A stretch of 64,000 nucleotides of DNA. Origin: Patescibacteria group bacterium (GTDB lineage: Bacteria > Patescibacteriota > Patescibacteriia > UM-FILTER-42-10). Below the pieces are notes generated by a model. It was not told the DNA's origin, searched no databases, and was given only the letters and a program-made list of their open reading frames with translations. The translations under genes and the position numbers were made by a program. Positions 18,875 through 27,502 of this stretch are shown piece by piece. The DNA is taken from contig JBAYGC010000003.1 in assembly GCA_041666845.1 (NCBI GenBank), positions 25,007-89,006 on the forward strand, given 5' to 3'. The first letter of the stretch is position 1. Each line of letters opens with the position of its first letter.

Positions 18875-20419
18875 ATGAGTAACTTAATTAAAGATTTTGC
18901 AAATAAGGCAAAAAACCGATTAACTTATCAGTCGGCAGTGTCTTTGCGTACCGCAAAAACTTATTTTATACCACATGAAGATAACGGACATAAACCGTAC
19001 ATCATCAGACCGGGAGCGTTACGATTCTACAGTATAGTATTAATCATTACCAAACTGGCGGTAACCGGGTTTATGTATGCTTCTTTCCCTTCGCCAGCAT
19101 ACTTTTCCAGCGCATCCTCGGCAAACATTATTAATCTGACCAACAGTTCACGCGAAGCAAGCGGTCTGAGTGATTTACAGATATCAGAAAAATTAAATAT
19201 TGCCGCCTATCAAAAAGCACAGGATATGGTTAAGAACAACTATTTCAGTCATGAGAGCCCTTCCGGTGCCCAATTTTGGAATTGGGTAATCGGCGCCGGA
19301 TATCAGTACACAACGGCCGGTGAAAACCTGGCGATGGATTTTAATTCCGCAGAAGCGGTTCATAATGCGTTAATGGCCTCCGCAACCCACCGAAAGAATA
19401 TACTTAATGACAAATTTTCGGAGATCGGAGTTTCAATAGTTTCTGGAAAGATTAACGGCAAAGACACAACTATCTTAGTCGAGATGTTTGGTAATCCAAA
19501 AGTGGCGGCAGTTGAACCAGTCGTCGTACCTCCTTCAGTTACCCCGACTACACCAAATGTTAATACTGCTGTTACCAACACGAATACGGCGCCAACTCCC
19601 CCACTCGCGCCCGTATACACCGGGGAGATTGTCAGCAAGATGAGTGATTCTTTGAATATAAAACCCGATGAAACAATTGACTATTGGGTTGATGTCAAGA
19701 ACACCGGCAACACTACTTGGCTTACTTCCGGTAGTAATTTTATCGCATTGAATGTCACCGATCCTGCCGGCAAGGAAAGTCAGTTTGCCAATTCCACCTG
19801 GCTGACAAAATACCGACCAACCAAAATTTCCGATAATATGGCACCCAACGGCATCGCAAGATTTTCCTTTAAATTGACCGCACCGAGCACTACGGGAACT
19901 TACGAAGAATCCTTTCAGTTGGTTGCGGAGAATATTACTTGGATTAACGGCAGTTATTTCAAACTACCCATTACAGTAACCAAGCCAGTTATAATAAACG
20001 CAAACACTGCTGCTCCGGTCAACAAGAATATCAATACTAATCTGAACACTAACACTGCTGCTCCAATAAATCAGAATACTAACGACGCGGTTATTGAGCC
20101 GAATTTTGTCGCTACGACAAACACGAACCTGTCGATCGAGCCTACTGATACGGATGTCACGCCATTTGTTGTTGCTGCCAATAATTCCGAAGAGGCTAAA
20201 GACTTCCTAAGTTTCCTTAATAAATATTCCAATATCATATTCTGGATAGTATTAATACTGGTGTCAATCTCCTTATTGATCAATACAATTGTCAAGATCA
20301 GGATACAGCATGCCAGCACCATCATTCCGAGTCTACTAGTAATCCTCCTGGCGTCCTTAATGCTGTTTATGAGATTCCACTTCATTCAGAATATCGGCAC
20401 ACATCCGATTATTATGTAA
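18875..20419 (+). CDS. membrane protein with CAP (SCP/PR-1, YkwD-like) domain, a beta-sandwich (NBR1-like) domain and Thr/Asn/Pro-rich linkers; C-terminal TM
   Basis: YkwD/CAP block REASGLSDLQISEKLNIAAYQKAQDMVKNNYFSHESPSG..GENLA..HNALMASATHRKNIL..FSEIGVSIV; two hydrophobic helices. Confidence 0.55.
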   Translation: MSNLIKDFANKAKNRLTYQSAVSLRTAKTYFIPHEDNGHKPYIIRPGALRFYSIVLIITKLAVTGFMYASFPSPAYFSSASSANIINLTNSSREASGLSDLQISEKLNIAAYQKAQDMVKNNYFSHESPSGAQFWNWVIGAGYQYTTAGENLAMDFNSAEAVHNALMASATHRKNILNDKFSEIGVSIVSGKINGKDTTILVEMFGNPKVAAVEPVVVPPSVTPTTPNVNTAVTNTNTAPTPPLAPVYTGEIVSKMSDSLNIKPDETIDYWVDVKNTGNTTWLTSGSNFIALNVTDPAGKESQFANSTWLTKYRPTKISDNMAPNGIARFSFKLTAPSTTGTYEESFQLVAENITWINGSYFKLPITVTKPVIINANTAAPVNKNINTNLNTNTAAPINQNTNDAVIEPNFVATTNTNLSIEPTDTDVTPFVVAANNSEEAKDFLSFLNKYSNIIFWIVLILVSISLLINTIVKIRIQHASTIIPSLLVILLASLMLFMRFHFIQNIGTHPIIM

Positions 20420-20589
20420 ACAGATAAGTGCAGATGAAAGTAGACTGCATCTTTACATTACCATTATCTCCCATGAAACAATTAAAGTGGCCGTTTTATT
20501 TATATTATTACGAATTTGATATAAATCAACGATTATTCAAATAATCTGAAGACTTGTTGTTTTAGCTTAATTTTTGCTATAATGCATTT

Positions 20590-21006
20590 ATGAATTTCGT
20601 TAAAATAGTTCTCATTCCACTAAGCATTGCTCTGGTGGTACAATTCTCAAAGACAATCCCGGATACTTTCCGTGGCAAATTTCGATGGAAGAATATTTTG
20701 AATTACGGCGGTATGCCATCGGGCCATGGAGCACTAGTTGCTTCACTATGTACAATGGTCGGTATCGTTATGGGTATTGACACAGTAGAATTCGGAATTG
20801 CATGCGTTATGTCCGTAATCGTCCTAAGGGATTCCGTAGGGCTCCGGAGAATAATCGGTAAACAGGGCGAAGCGATCAATGATTTAAATCAGATAAATAA
20901 AAAAGTTCCTGCTTTGGAGGAACGCGTCGGTCATACTCCGTTTGAAGTAATGATGGGAGTTATGGTCGGAATCGGATTGTCTTTCCTGCTGAATTCTGTT
21001 GTATAA
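20590..21006 (+). CDS. divergent PAP2-family protein (DUF212/YuiD-like acid phosphatase-related membrane protein)
   Basis: GGMPSGHGALV motif characteristic of divergent PAP2; 138 aa, 3-4 TM. Promoter TGcTATAAT ends 7 nt before the ATG, so the mRNA may be leaderless. Confidence 0.55.
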   Translation: MNFVKIVLIPLSIALVVQFSKTIPDTFRGKFRWKNILNYGGMPSGHGALVASLCTMVGIVMGIDTVEFGIACVMSVIVLRDSVGLRRIIGKQGEAINDLNQINKKVPALEERVGHTPFEVMMGVMVGIGLSFLLNSVV

Positions 21007-21020
21007 AGTATTTCGCGGGA

Positions 21021-21314
21021 TTACGAAGAGGTACTGCCTCTTTTTTTGTTTTTCTTAATCTCTGTTTCAATTTCGTGCGCAATCCTATTCCCTATTCCGT
21101 CAATTTTCTGGATACCTACTAACCACCCGCTGGCATAAATATCAATCAGTGATCTGTCCAACATCCTGATTGTTTTTGCTGCTTTATGATACGCCAGACC
21201 ACGGAATTTTTTCTTATCATCGGCAAAGAAAATTTGAGCCTTTCGCTCAAATTTATCGGCGATAACCTGGTTGAATTGTAACGATAAATGCTGATCGATA
21301 TTATTGGCTAACAT
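21021..21314 (-). CDS. small helix-hairpin-helix (HhH) DNA-binding protein
   Basis: GLAYHKAAKTIRML...LVGIQKIDGIGNRIAHEI contains a GIG-type HhH motif. Start chosen at MLANN (21314) to avoid overlap with the upstream membrane ORF. Confidence 0.35.
   Translation of the reverse strand: MLANNIDQHLSLQFNQVIADKFERKAQIFFADDKKKFRGLAYHKAAKTIRMLDRSLIDIYASGWLVGIQKIDGIGNRIAHEIETEIKKNKKRGSTSS
21027..21050 (+). terminator. rho-independent terminator (AGAGGTACTGCCTCT + T7)
   Basis: Hairpin plus T-run 20 nt after the PAP2 stop. Confidence 0.65.
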
Positions 21315-21633
21315 AGATACCGGCAAACAGTAAAATAACAAAAAATACTCCAAGCAGTGTCAGAAATGTCGTAACCATTACTCGGATCGCGTCTTTTACT
21401 CTCTTTTGGACAAACAGATAAATTGGTAATCCGAAAACCAGCACCCCGGATATGGATGCGCTAAATACCAACAGCATTAGCATTAGGCCCGCGGTAAAAA
21501 TCTCTGCCACATTAATCATCATAGAACTCATATTATTCATAATCAGCGCAACGGCAACCACATACAGCGATTCCAATAAGCCCATTAAAATTCCTGACCT
21601 TACCTGACTTGACTCCCCTTTTAATTCAAACAT
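21301..21633 (-). CDS. hypothetical membrane protein (3 TM)
   Basis: Hydrophobic ORF of 110 aa. Confidence 0.4.
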   Translation of the reverse strand: MFELKGESSQVRSGILMGLLESLYVVAVALIMNNMSSMMINVAEIFTAGLMLMLLVFSASISGVLVFGLPIYLFVQKRVKDAIRVMVTTFLTLLGVFFVILLFAGIYVSQ

Positions 21634-21644
21634 ATTTTTATAGT

Positions 21645-21980
21645 TTAATTATTGATATTTGAAAATTGATCAGCGTTCATTTCTTCCCAATCATCTAAAA
21701 TATCATTCCATTTATATGCAAATATTGTATCCACAGTTTCAGTATCTGAATATTGTAATTCCTCCGACACGCCGGAACCGATCCGTTTTGATGCCAGTAC
21801 TTTACGGCCGGTCACGAGAGGTTTTTTTTCTCTTTCCAGTTTAATCTTGCCAAGCGGGCCGTTAAAGATTATCCGTTCCACAGAACCCACACCTTCCATT
21901 ATATCCTCCGTTACGTGTTCTTCCACATCAAATTCTTCCTTTGCATATACTATTAAACTGTCCCATTTTTCCTGATTCAT
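21645..21980 (-). CDS. hypothetical acidic protein
   Basis: ORF of 111 aa with consistent codon usage; no recognisable motif. Confidence 0.35.
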   Translation of the reverse strand: MNQEKWDSLIVYAKEEFDVEEHVTEDIMEGVGSVERIIFNGPLGKIKLEREKKPLVTGRKVLASKRIGSGVSEELQYSDTETVDTIFAYKWNDILDDWEEMNADQFSNINN

Positions 21981-22087
21981 AGGGTTATTTCTTATTAAAT
22001 GACACCTATCAGTATTGTAGCAGAATTATGATAATTTAAAAACCCGTGTTTCATGTGGATATTTTGATCCCCTATTCAGTAAACATG

Positions 22088-22209
22088 GATTGCAAGGAAA
22101 GAGGTATAGACCCGAAACCAAAAACAACCAGCATGCAAACAAAAAACCGATATTCTATCGGCTTAATGGGGTCCCCAAAAATCGCAAAGCGGTTTTTGGG
22201 GAAAGCAAT
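22088..22209 (+). repeat. tRNA-associated repeat (family RptA), partial copy 1, with hairpins CCGATATtctATCGG and CCCCAAAAAtcgcaaagcggTTTTTGGGG
   Basis: ~85% identical to 22270-22390 of copy 2 and to the 31.6-kb and 32.0-kb copies. Confidence 0.55.
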
Positions 22210-22224
22210 ATTTTGAAAATATTA

Positions 22225-22390
22225 CCGAGCAAATCAGGAGCGCATCCTGAGCAAAGGCGAAGGATAGCACGGATTTGCGAGGAAAGGGGCACAGACCCGC
22301 AACCAAAAAATTGTTTCAGAAATGAAAAAACCGAGTTATACTCGGTTTCATCGGGCCCCCAAAAATCGCAAAGCGGTTTTTGGGGAAAGC
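22225..22390 (+). repeat. tRNA-associated repeat RptA, copy 2 (full length, begins CCGAGCAAATCAGGAGCGCA)
   Basis: Shared blocks CCGAGCAAATCAGG.GC.CA, GGATTTGC, GGGGCCCCCAAAAA.CGCA.AGCGGTTTTTGGGGAAAG. Confidence 0.55.
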
Positions 22391-22547
22391 GGGATATTCG
22401 TGAAAGGTGAAATCCTGAATAATAATTCAGGATGGAACCTGAAACGAATAATCACGCGTGGTCGGGGTGGCGGGACTTGCCCGCCAAAGGCGGGTCCGCC
22501 TCTGGCGGAAACCCTTTATAACTAATGGAAATTTGAAATGTTTTGAT

Positions 22548-22623
22548 TGGTCGGGGTGATCAGACTTGAACTGACGACCTCATCGTCCCGAACGATGCGC
22601 GCTACCAACTGCGCCACACCCCG
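22548..22623 (-). tRNA. tRNA-Pro (anticodon CGG), CCA encoded
   Basis: Cloverleaf folded by hand: acceptor CGGGGTG/CACCCCG, D-arm GCGC-AGTTGGTA-GCGC, anticodon stem CATCG/CGATG with loop TTCGGGA, T-arm GGTCG..TTCAAGT..; 76 nt. Confidence 0.85.
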
Positions 22624-22658
22624 ATTATTAACAAAAACTTTTTTCGCCTAAGATGTAG

Positions 22659-22717
22659 CCAACTGCCCGTCCGCCACGGCTATCGCCGCAGGCGTGCCGG
22701 GCGGGCGCCACACCCCG
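22659..22717 (-). other. partial duplicate of tRNA-Pro nt 1-12 + 40-nt insert + CAGTTGG (D-loop) located ~35 nt upstream of the intact tRNA-Pro
   Basis: Minus-strand reading: CGGGGTGTGGCG-[cccgcccggcacgcctgcggcgatagccgtggcggacggg]-CAGTTGG. Same architecture as 55080-55139 next to tRNA-Lys. Confidence 0.5.
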
Positions 22718-22755
22718 TTATAGTTCATATATCTTACAGAATTTCACCAAATTAA

Positions 22756-23487
22756 TCAATTACCTCCGAATCTCCTATTACGCCGGCTATATTCCTCAAT
22801 CGCATCATCAATATCTTCTTCAGTAAATTCCGGCCACGTCTTGTTAATAAACATTAATTCACTATACGCGGATTGCCAAGTCAGAAATCCGGAAAGCCGA
22901 TACTCACCTGACGTTCTGATAATTAAATCCGGATCGGGCAGGTCTGATGAGAATAAATTTTTACTAATCAATTCCTCTGTAATTTGAGCTGGTTTCACTT
23001 TTTGCTTCACAATTTTCTTCACCGCTTCAGTTATCTCCGACCTGCCACCGTAGTTCAATGCAATATTTAAGATTCCACGCTTATTATTCTTTGTCAGATT
23101 TTCTGCTTTGTTGATTGCCTTCTTAATCTCTAAAGAAAGACCTTTTTCAATTCCAATCACTCTAATTTGTATACCTTTGGCATGTAGGCTTTTTGTCTCA
23201 TTTGAAAGCGCGTGTTTAAGGAGGCGCATTAGATATGCTACTTCTTTTTTTGTGCGATTCCAATTCTCTGTAGAAAAAGCATAAATTGTAAGAATATTCA
23301 CACCACGATCAAGACACCACTCTCCTACTTTCATTGCGATATCATATCCCCGCTTATGTCCTGCGAAGGTCGGCAACCCTTTCTTTTTAGACCACCTCCG
23401 ATTACCATCCATAATTATACCAATATGTTTTGGTATTATTCTTGTTTCATCGCCGGTTTTTAACGATTTTTTGGCCATATAAATCAA
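22756..23487 (-). CDS. uppS: undecaprenyl diphosphate synthase (isoprenyl transferase)
   Basis: HIGIIMDGNRRWSKKKG, ..LTIYAFSTENWNR.., ..RTSGEYRLSGFL.. UppS signature blocks. Confidence 0.85.
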   Translation of the reverse strand: MIYMAKKSLKTGDETRIIPKHIGIIMDGNRRWSKKKGLPTFAGHKRGYDIAMKVGEWCLDRGVNILTIYAFSTENWNRTKKEVAYLMRLLKHALSNETKSLHAKGIQIRVIGIEKGLSLEIKKAINKAENLTKNNKRGILNIALNYGGRSEITEAVKKIVKQKVKPAQITEELISKNLFSSDLPDPDLIIRTSGEYRLSGFLTWQSAYSELMFINKTWPEFTEEDIDDAIEEYSRRNRRFGGN

Positions 23488-23568
23488 AAACCCATTATTA
23501 TTTAGAATTATTTGCTTCTATATTCTAATATTTTTAGCAACTTTCGTCAATTGTACATAGTGATAGTT

Positions 23569-24135
23569 CTATTCGGAAAACTCGACTGTCTGATATGTAA
23601 AAATATCGGTATCTTTTTTCCAGGCATCAGTCGGAAGACCGGCTTTATGGCACAAACTAGAAAGAAACTCTTCCTTATCGTTGATTTCCTTCCAGACACT
23701 GGGTAAGAAAGTAGCGCTGAAGCCGTTCTTTTTCAGTACGATTCCATCTTTACCTAAATTGATTTTAGCCAACAGATCCTGATAATCATAATAAGAAAGT
23801 GGTTGCGGAACAGCAAGAATTGAAATATCTATTTGCGTTTTTTTCAGTTCATCTTCCGCAAGCGCTGGAAATCTCAAATCACGAAACGCCGCGGCATATG
23901 CCTTATCAATAATCTCCTCATACAGTGGTAACTCCGGCTCCAGACTGCCGATACAACCGCGCAAAACGCCATTTTGAGTAAGTGTGACAAAAGCCGCGCG
24001 CTTTCGCATTAAGTTTTCTGAAATTACCGTGGACACATTAATTGTCAATTTGTCATGATTCGCGAAATAGAATTCGATAGTGTCCCGGGCTAATCTAAGT
24101 AAAAACTTTTTTTCTTCACGAGTATATTTCTCCAT
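23569..24135 (-). CDS. AMMECR1-domain protein
   Basis: AAFVTL..NGVLRGCIGSLEP motif of the AMMECR1 family; start set to MEKYT (ORF extends to 24195). Confidence 0.65.
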   Translation of the reverse strand: MEKYTREEKKFLLRLARDTIEFYFANHDKLTINVSTVISENLMRKRAAFVTLTQNGVLRGCIGSLEPELPLYEEIIDKAYAAAFRDLRFPALAEDELKKTQIDISILAVPQPLSYYDYQDLLAKINLGKDGIVLKKNGFSATFLPSVWKEINDKEEFLSSLCHKAGLPTDAWKKDTDIFTYQTVEFSE

Positions 24136-24139
24136 ATTT

Positions 24140-25219
24140 CTATTGCCAAACCCCCTCAATATTATAACCACACTCGGAACATTTGCCCTGAACAATTTCC
24201 ATGTTTGTCACCGCATGCCAGTCTCTTGTGATGTTCACATGATTGCATTTCGGACAATATGTGCTCTGATGTTCACTGTCCGCAACATTACCGGTATAAA
24301 CATATTTCAAACCCGCACTTTTTCCTGCACGGTAAGCCCGCAATAATGAATCCGGCGGGGTTGGTGGTTTCTGATTCATTTTATAGTTGGGGGAAAAAGC
24401 TGTCACATGCCATGGAATGGAGTTACTGACATCGGCAATGAATTTTGCTATTGAATTTAGCTCCTCGTCTGAATCGTTTTCTTCAGGGATAATTAATGTG
24501 GTTATCTCAAGCCAAATACCCATATCATGTGCTCTTTTGATGGTCCTCAATACCGGATCCAAATGTGCCTTGCATGTTTTTCGGTAAAAATCATCATTGA
24601 AAGATTTTAAATCTATATTCATCGCATCAAGGTAGGGGTGAATTTTATTCATCGCCTCTTCCGACTCATAACCGTTAGAAACAAAAACATTCTTAATCCC
24701 CTCGGTATGAGCCAGTTTTGAAGTATCATACAAGTATTCAAAAAAAATCACCGGTTCGTTATAGGTATAGGCAATAGATGGAATTTTATGCTGCAAACAA
24801 TATTCTACAATTTTATGCGGAGGCAGATCTTGTCCATAATCAACCAGTTTTCCCAAGCGCAACATTCTTTCATCTTTGTCTTTTATTTTTTTCTGAACCT
24901 CTTTTGCCGATTGTGATAGATCCCAGTTCTGGCAAAAATCACAGGCAAAATTGCAACCGACCGTTCCTATTGAAAATATTTCTGTTCCCGGCAGAAAATG
25001 AAAAAGCGGTTTTTTCTCAACTGGATCAACATTTACTGCGGAAGCTTTACCATAAACCATCAGATATAAATCACCCTGGTAATTCATACGCACACCGCAA
25101 ATTCCCGTCCTGCCGTCAACAATCCGGCAGTAATGAGCACAGGCAGTACATTCTACCTGATTCTGGGGTAGTTTTGTGTAAAGCTTGGCTTTGCTTAATA
25201 CTATTTTATTTCTATGCAT
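24140..25219 (-). CDS. radical SAM enzyme (AmmeMemoRadiSam-system type)
   Basis: CNFACDFCQNW (Cx3Cx2C) radical-SAM cluster motif and an N-terminal Cys-rich segment (CTACAHYCRI..GICGVR). Adjacent to the AMMECR1 gene, as in the described AmmeMemoRadiSam trio. Start set to MHRNK (ORF extends to 25279). Confidence 0.65.
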   Translation of the reverse strand: MHRNKIVLSKAKLYTKLPQNQVECTACAHYCRIVDGRTGICGVRMNYQGDLYLMVYGKASAVNVDPVEKKPLFHFLPGTEIFSIGTVGCNFACDFCQNWDLSQSAKEVQKKIKDKDERMLRLGKLVDYGQDLPPHKIVEYCLQHKIPSIAYTYNEPVIFFEYLYDTSKLAHTEGIKNVFVSNGYESEEAMNKIHPYLDAMNIDLKSFNDDFYRKTCKAHLDPVLRTIKRAHDMGIWLEITTLIIPEENDSDEELNSIAKFIADVSNSIPWHVTAFSPNYKMNQKPPTPPDSLLRAYRAGKSAGLKYVYTGNVADSEHQSTYCPKCNHVNITRDWHAVTNMEIVQGKCSECGYNIEGVWQ

Positions 25220-25275
25220 ATTATTTGTCACTAAAACTATGATTCCATTGTATTTGTTAATTGAACATACCAAAA

Positions 25276-26244
25276 TCAAAATGTATGATAGCGGGCATTT
25301 ATTTCATCAAATACTGACTTGGAAACATCTTGAATTACTTTTTCCATCTCATTCACATCAGTCCCCTTAGTCATAACACAAAGAAGATATGGATGATTCG
25401 GATAATAGATTATCCCACAATCATGTAGCTGTTGGTCTTTATTATCCTGCTCCGATCTGATTCCGAATTTATTTGCAATAATCAAATCCGTAGGAAGATC
25501 ATTGGCGATCCCAGAATCATAATTTGCTCTGGCCAAAAGAGCAAGCGCTTTTTCAGAATATTCCCTGTTCAAATATGAAGCGTTGTATAAAACCCTGAAC
25601 AATGATGAATACTGTTTAACTGTTATATAGTCATCAGCCAAATTTTCTTCGGGATATGGGATATCCATGACGTCATGCATTAAACGTATTTCATCAAAAT
25701 CAACAACATTTGATAATAAATCAAATGCGTAATTCTCTGAATTGATGATCATTTTTTCTATCAGCGCCTCAACCGTTTCACCGGCTTCTGAACCCTCCGG
25801 TACTAATACCAGCGAAAGAAATGTCGGATCTGTTTCTGCTTTTTTATACAGCGCAATCATCATCGGAACTTTTAATAGACTGGCTGGAGCAAAAAGAGTA
25901 TCCTGATTCACGCCATACCAGGGACCGTTATTCAGATTCCGATAATAGACAGAAATATCATGTATTGATTCTGTTTCTAATTTAACTTTTGTCATATTAG
26001 TGACAGTATTTTCCAAAGAAATAATTTCTTTATTCTGTAACCCATCTTCCGATTCGCATTCTAAAAGCGGGCTGATATACTGATATCCGCTCTGCCTGAT
26101 CTCCTGCGATTCCTTATTCTTGCCAAAAAATAAATATGAAATGCTAAAACCAATCACCCCACCGATCAATAGGAATACAAAAAGAGTAATAAAAACCTTT
26201 TTAGTGTTGATTTCCCTATATTCTTTGTTGGCAATTTCATTCAT
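25276..26244 (-). CDS. membrane-anchored serine-hydrolase (class A beta-lactamase/transpeptidase-like fold)
   Basis: SxxK (ASLLK), SxN-like (SEN) and K[TS]G-like (TKGT) motifs in the right order; N-terminal TM. Confidence 0.4.
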   Translation of the reverse strand: MNEIANKEYREINTKKVFITLFVFLLIGGVIGFSISYLFFGKNKESQEIRQSGYQYISPLLECESEDGLQNKEIISLENTVTNMTKVKLETESIHDISVYYRNLNNGPWYGVNQDTLFAPASLLKVPMMIALYKKAETDPTFLSLVLVPEGSEAGETVEALIEKMIINSENYAFDLLSNVVDFDEIRLMHDVMDIPYPEENLADDYITVKQYSSLFRVLYNASYLNREYSEKALALLARANYDSGIANDLPTDLIIANKFGIRSEQDNKDQQLHDCGIIYYPNHPYLLCVMTKGTDVNEMEKVIQDVSKSVFDEINARYHTF

Positions 26245-26341
26245 ATTTTCCTATTTCTATTATATTATACTGTTTTGTCAAAATAACGTCCAATCAAAAA
26301 CCCCTCGCATTTGAGGGGTCTTTATGATAATTACAATGAAA

Positions 26342-27430
26342 TTATAACGTATGGCTCATACACACAGCATAATCATTCGTCTGACTCCAAGCTGACTGGG
26401 GAATTATTGCATGGATACAACCCGGGCCGAATTTAATTTCCTTCTGTATTTCTACTTCAGAATATCCGCCATAAACTCTGCCATATGCCAAAACCAGCGA
26501 CCACGTTGCATCAATCCCCTTTCCGATACTAGTTAAATAATCCCCGACCCATTCCATCTGATTCCGTTCCTGCGAAAGTGTACCCACAGTTCTCCTGATA
26601 TTATATCGGTAACGGGAAGCGTTTAAGAGATAGCGGTATTCACCACCCTGATACCCGGACTCAATTGCCCGGTCAACATCAGTTTCGTCGGTAACTAGTT
26701 TGATAGAAATATCGGAATTATAATTACTTTCAGAAACAATTAAATTATCCAGATATAGTTTTCCTTCACTGATTTCCATTGCACTATTATATTCAGGAAC
26801 GGTAAATTCAATATATTTATTTGTCCAATCAGTTATCTCAAATTCATAACCGGAGTCTAGTTTTGATGCCGTATATTCATCTGAACCAAGACGGGCGATC
26901 TGACCGATCAAATCATCCGGGCCGTTACCAAGGCCTGTTCCATACAGTCTTACGGTATCGCCCGGCATCACATAGGTCTTATCTACAGATGTAAATCTGG
27001 CAGTTGTATTAACAGTGCTTGATTTATATACCACACTTTCTATTCTATCCAATGAAGCAACATAATCAAGATAACCAGATAGATTAGACCCCTTATATTT
27101 GATCCAAAACTGATAATCTGTTCCCTCGCTAAGTCCTATCATATCCCTACAATATTTTGTATCAGAAATTTTTTCATCTCCCCCTAATGAAAGTATAACA
27201 ATATAATCATCTGATAATAGATCACCATGACTAGTTTGAAATTGAGGATACGATGCATCTAGATCTTCAACAACATCTGCAATTGTCCAACATAATCTGA
27301 TTGAATTACTAGTCGTTTCATCCGTGTAGATATTAGTGACAAACTGTTCTGCCGCATTTGCCCGAGGAACAAAAAATAATAAACTAAAAAACACAATTAC
27401 CCCGATTGAGATAAGTAATTTACCTTTCAT
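26342..27430 (-). CDS. secreted hypothetical protein (signal peptide)
   Basis: N-terminal MKGKLLISIGVIVFFSLLFFVPRANA signal; followed by terminator CCCCTCaaatgcGAGGGG+T5 at ~26300-26330. Confidence 0.4.
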   Translation of the reverse strand: MKGKLLISIGVIVFFSLLFFVPRANAAEQFVTNIYTDETTSNSIRLCWTIADVVEDLDASYPQFQTSHGDLLSDDYIVILSLGGDEKISDTKYCRDMIGLSEGTDYQFWIKYKGSNLSGYLDYVASLDRIESVVYKSSTVNTTARFTSVDKTYVMPGDTVRLYGTGLGNGPDDLIGQIARLGSDEYTASKLDSGYEFEITDWTNKYIEFTVPEYNSAMEISEGKLYLDNLIVSESNYNSDISIKLVTDETDVDRAIESGYQGGEYRYLLNASRYRYNIRRTVGTLSQERNQMEWVGDYLTSIGKGIDATWSLVLAYGRVYGGYSEVEIQKEIKFGPGCIHAIIPQSAWSQTNDYAVCMSHTL

Positions 27431-27502
27431 AAGCTACTTTGTTTAATATTTAAACTAATAATCTACCTACAAATCATATCATATTTAAACAGCAACCCAA
27501 AA

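Noticed and set aside
22090-22525. ORFs 22090-22410 and 22322-22525 on the plus strand
   Set aside because: They run through the two tandem RptA repeats and their hairpins. The translations are low-complexity and repeat-derived. More likely non-coding.
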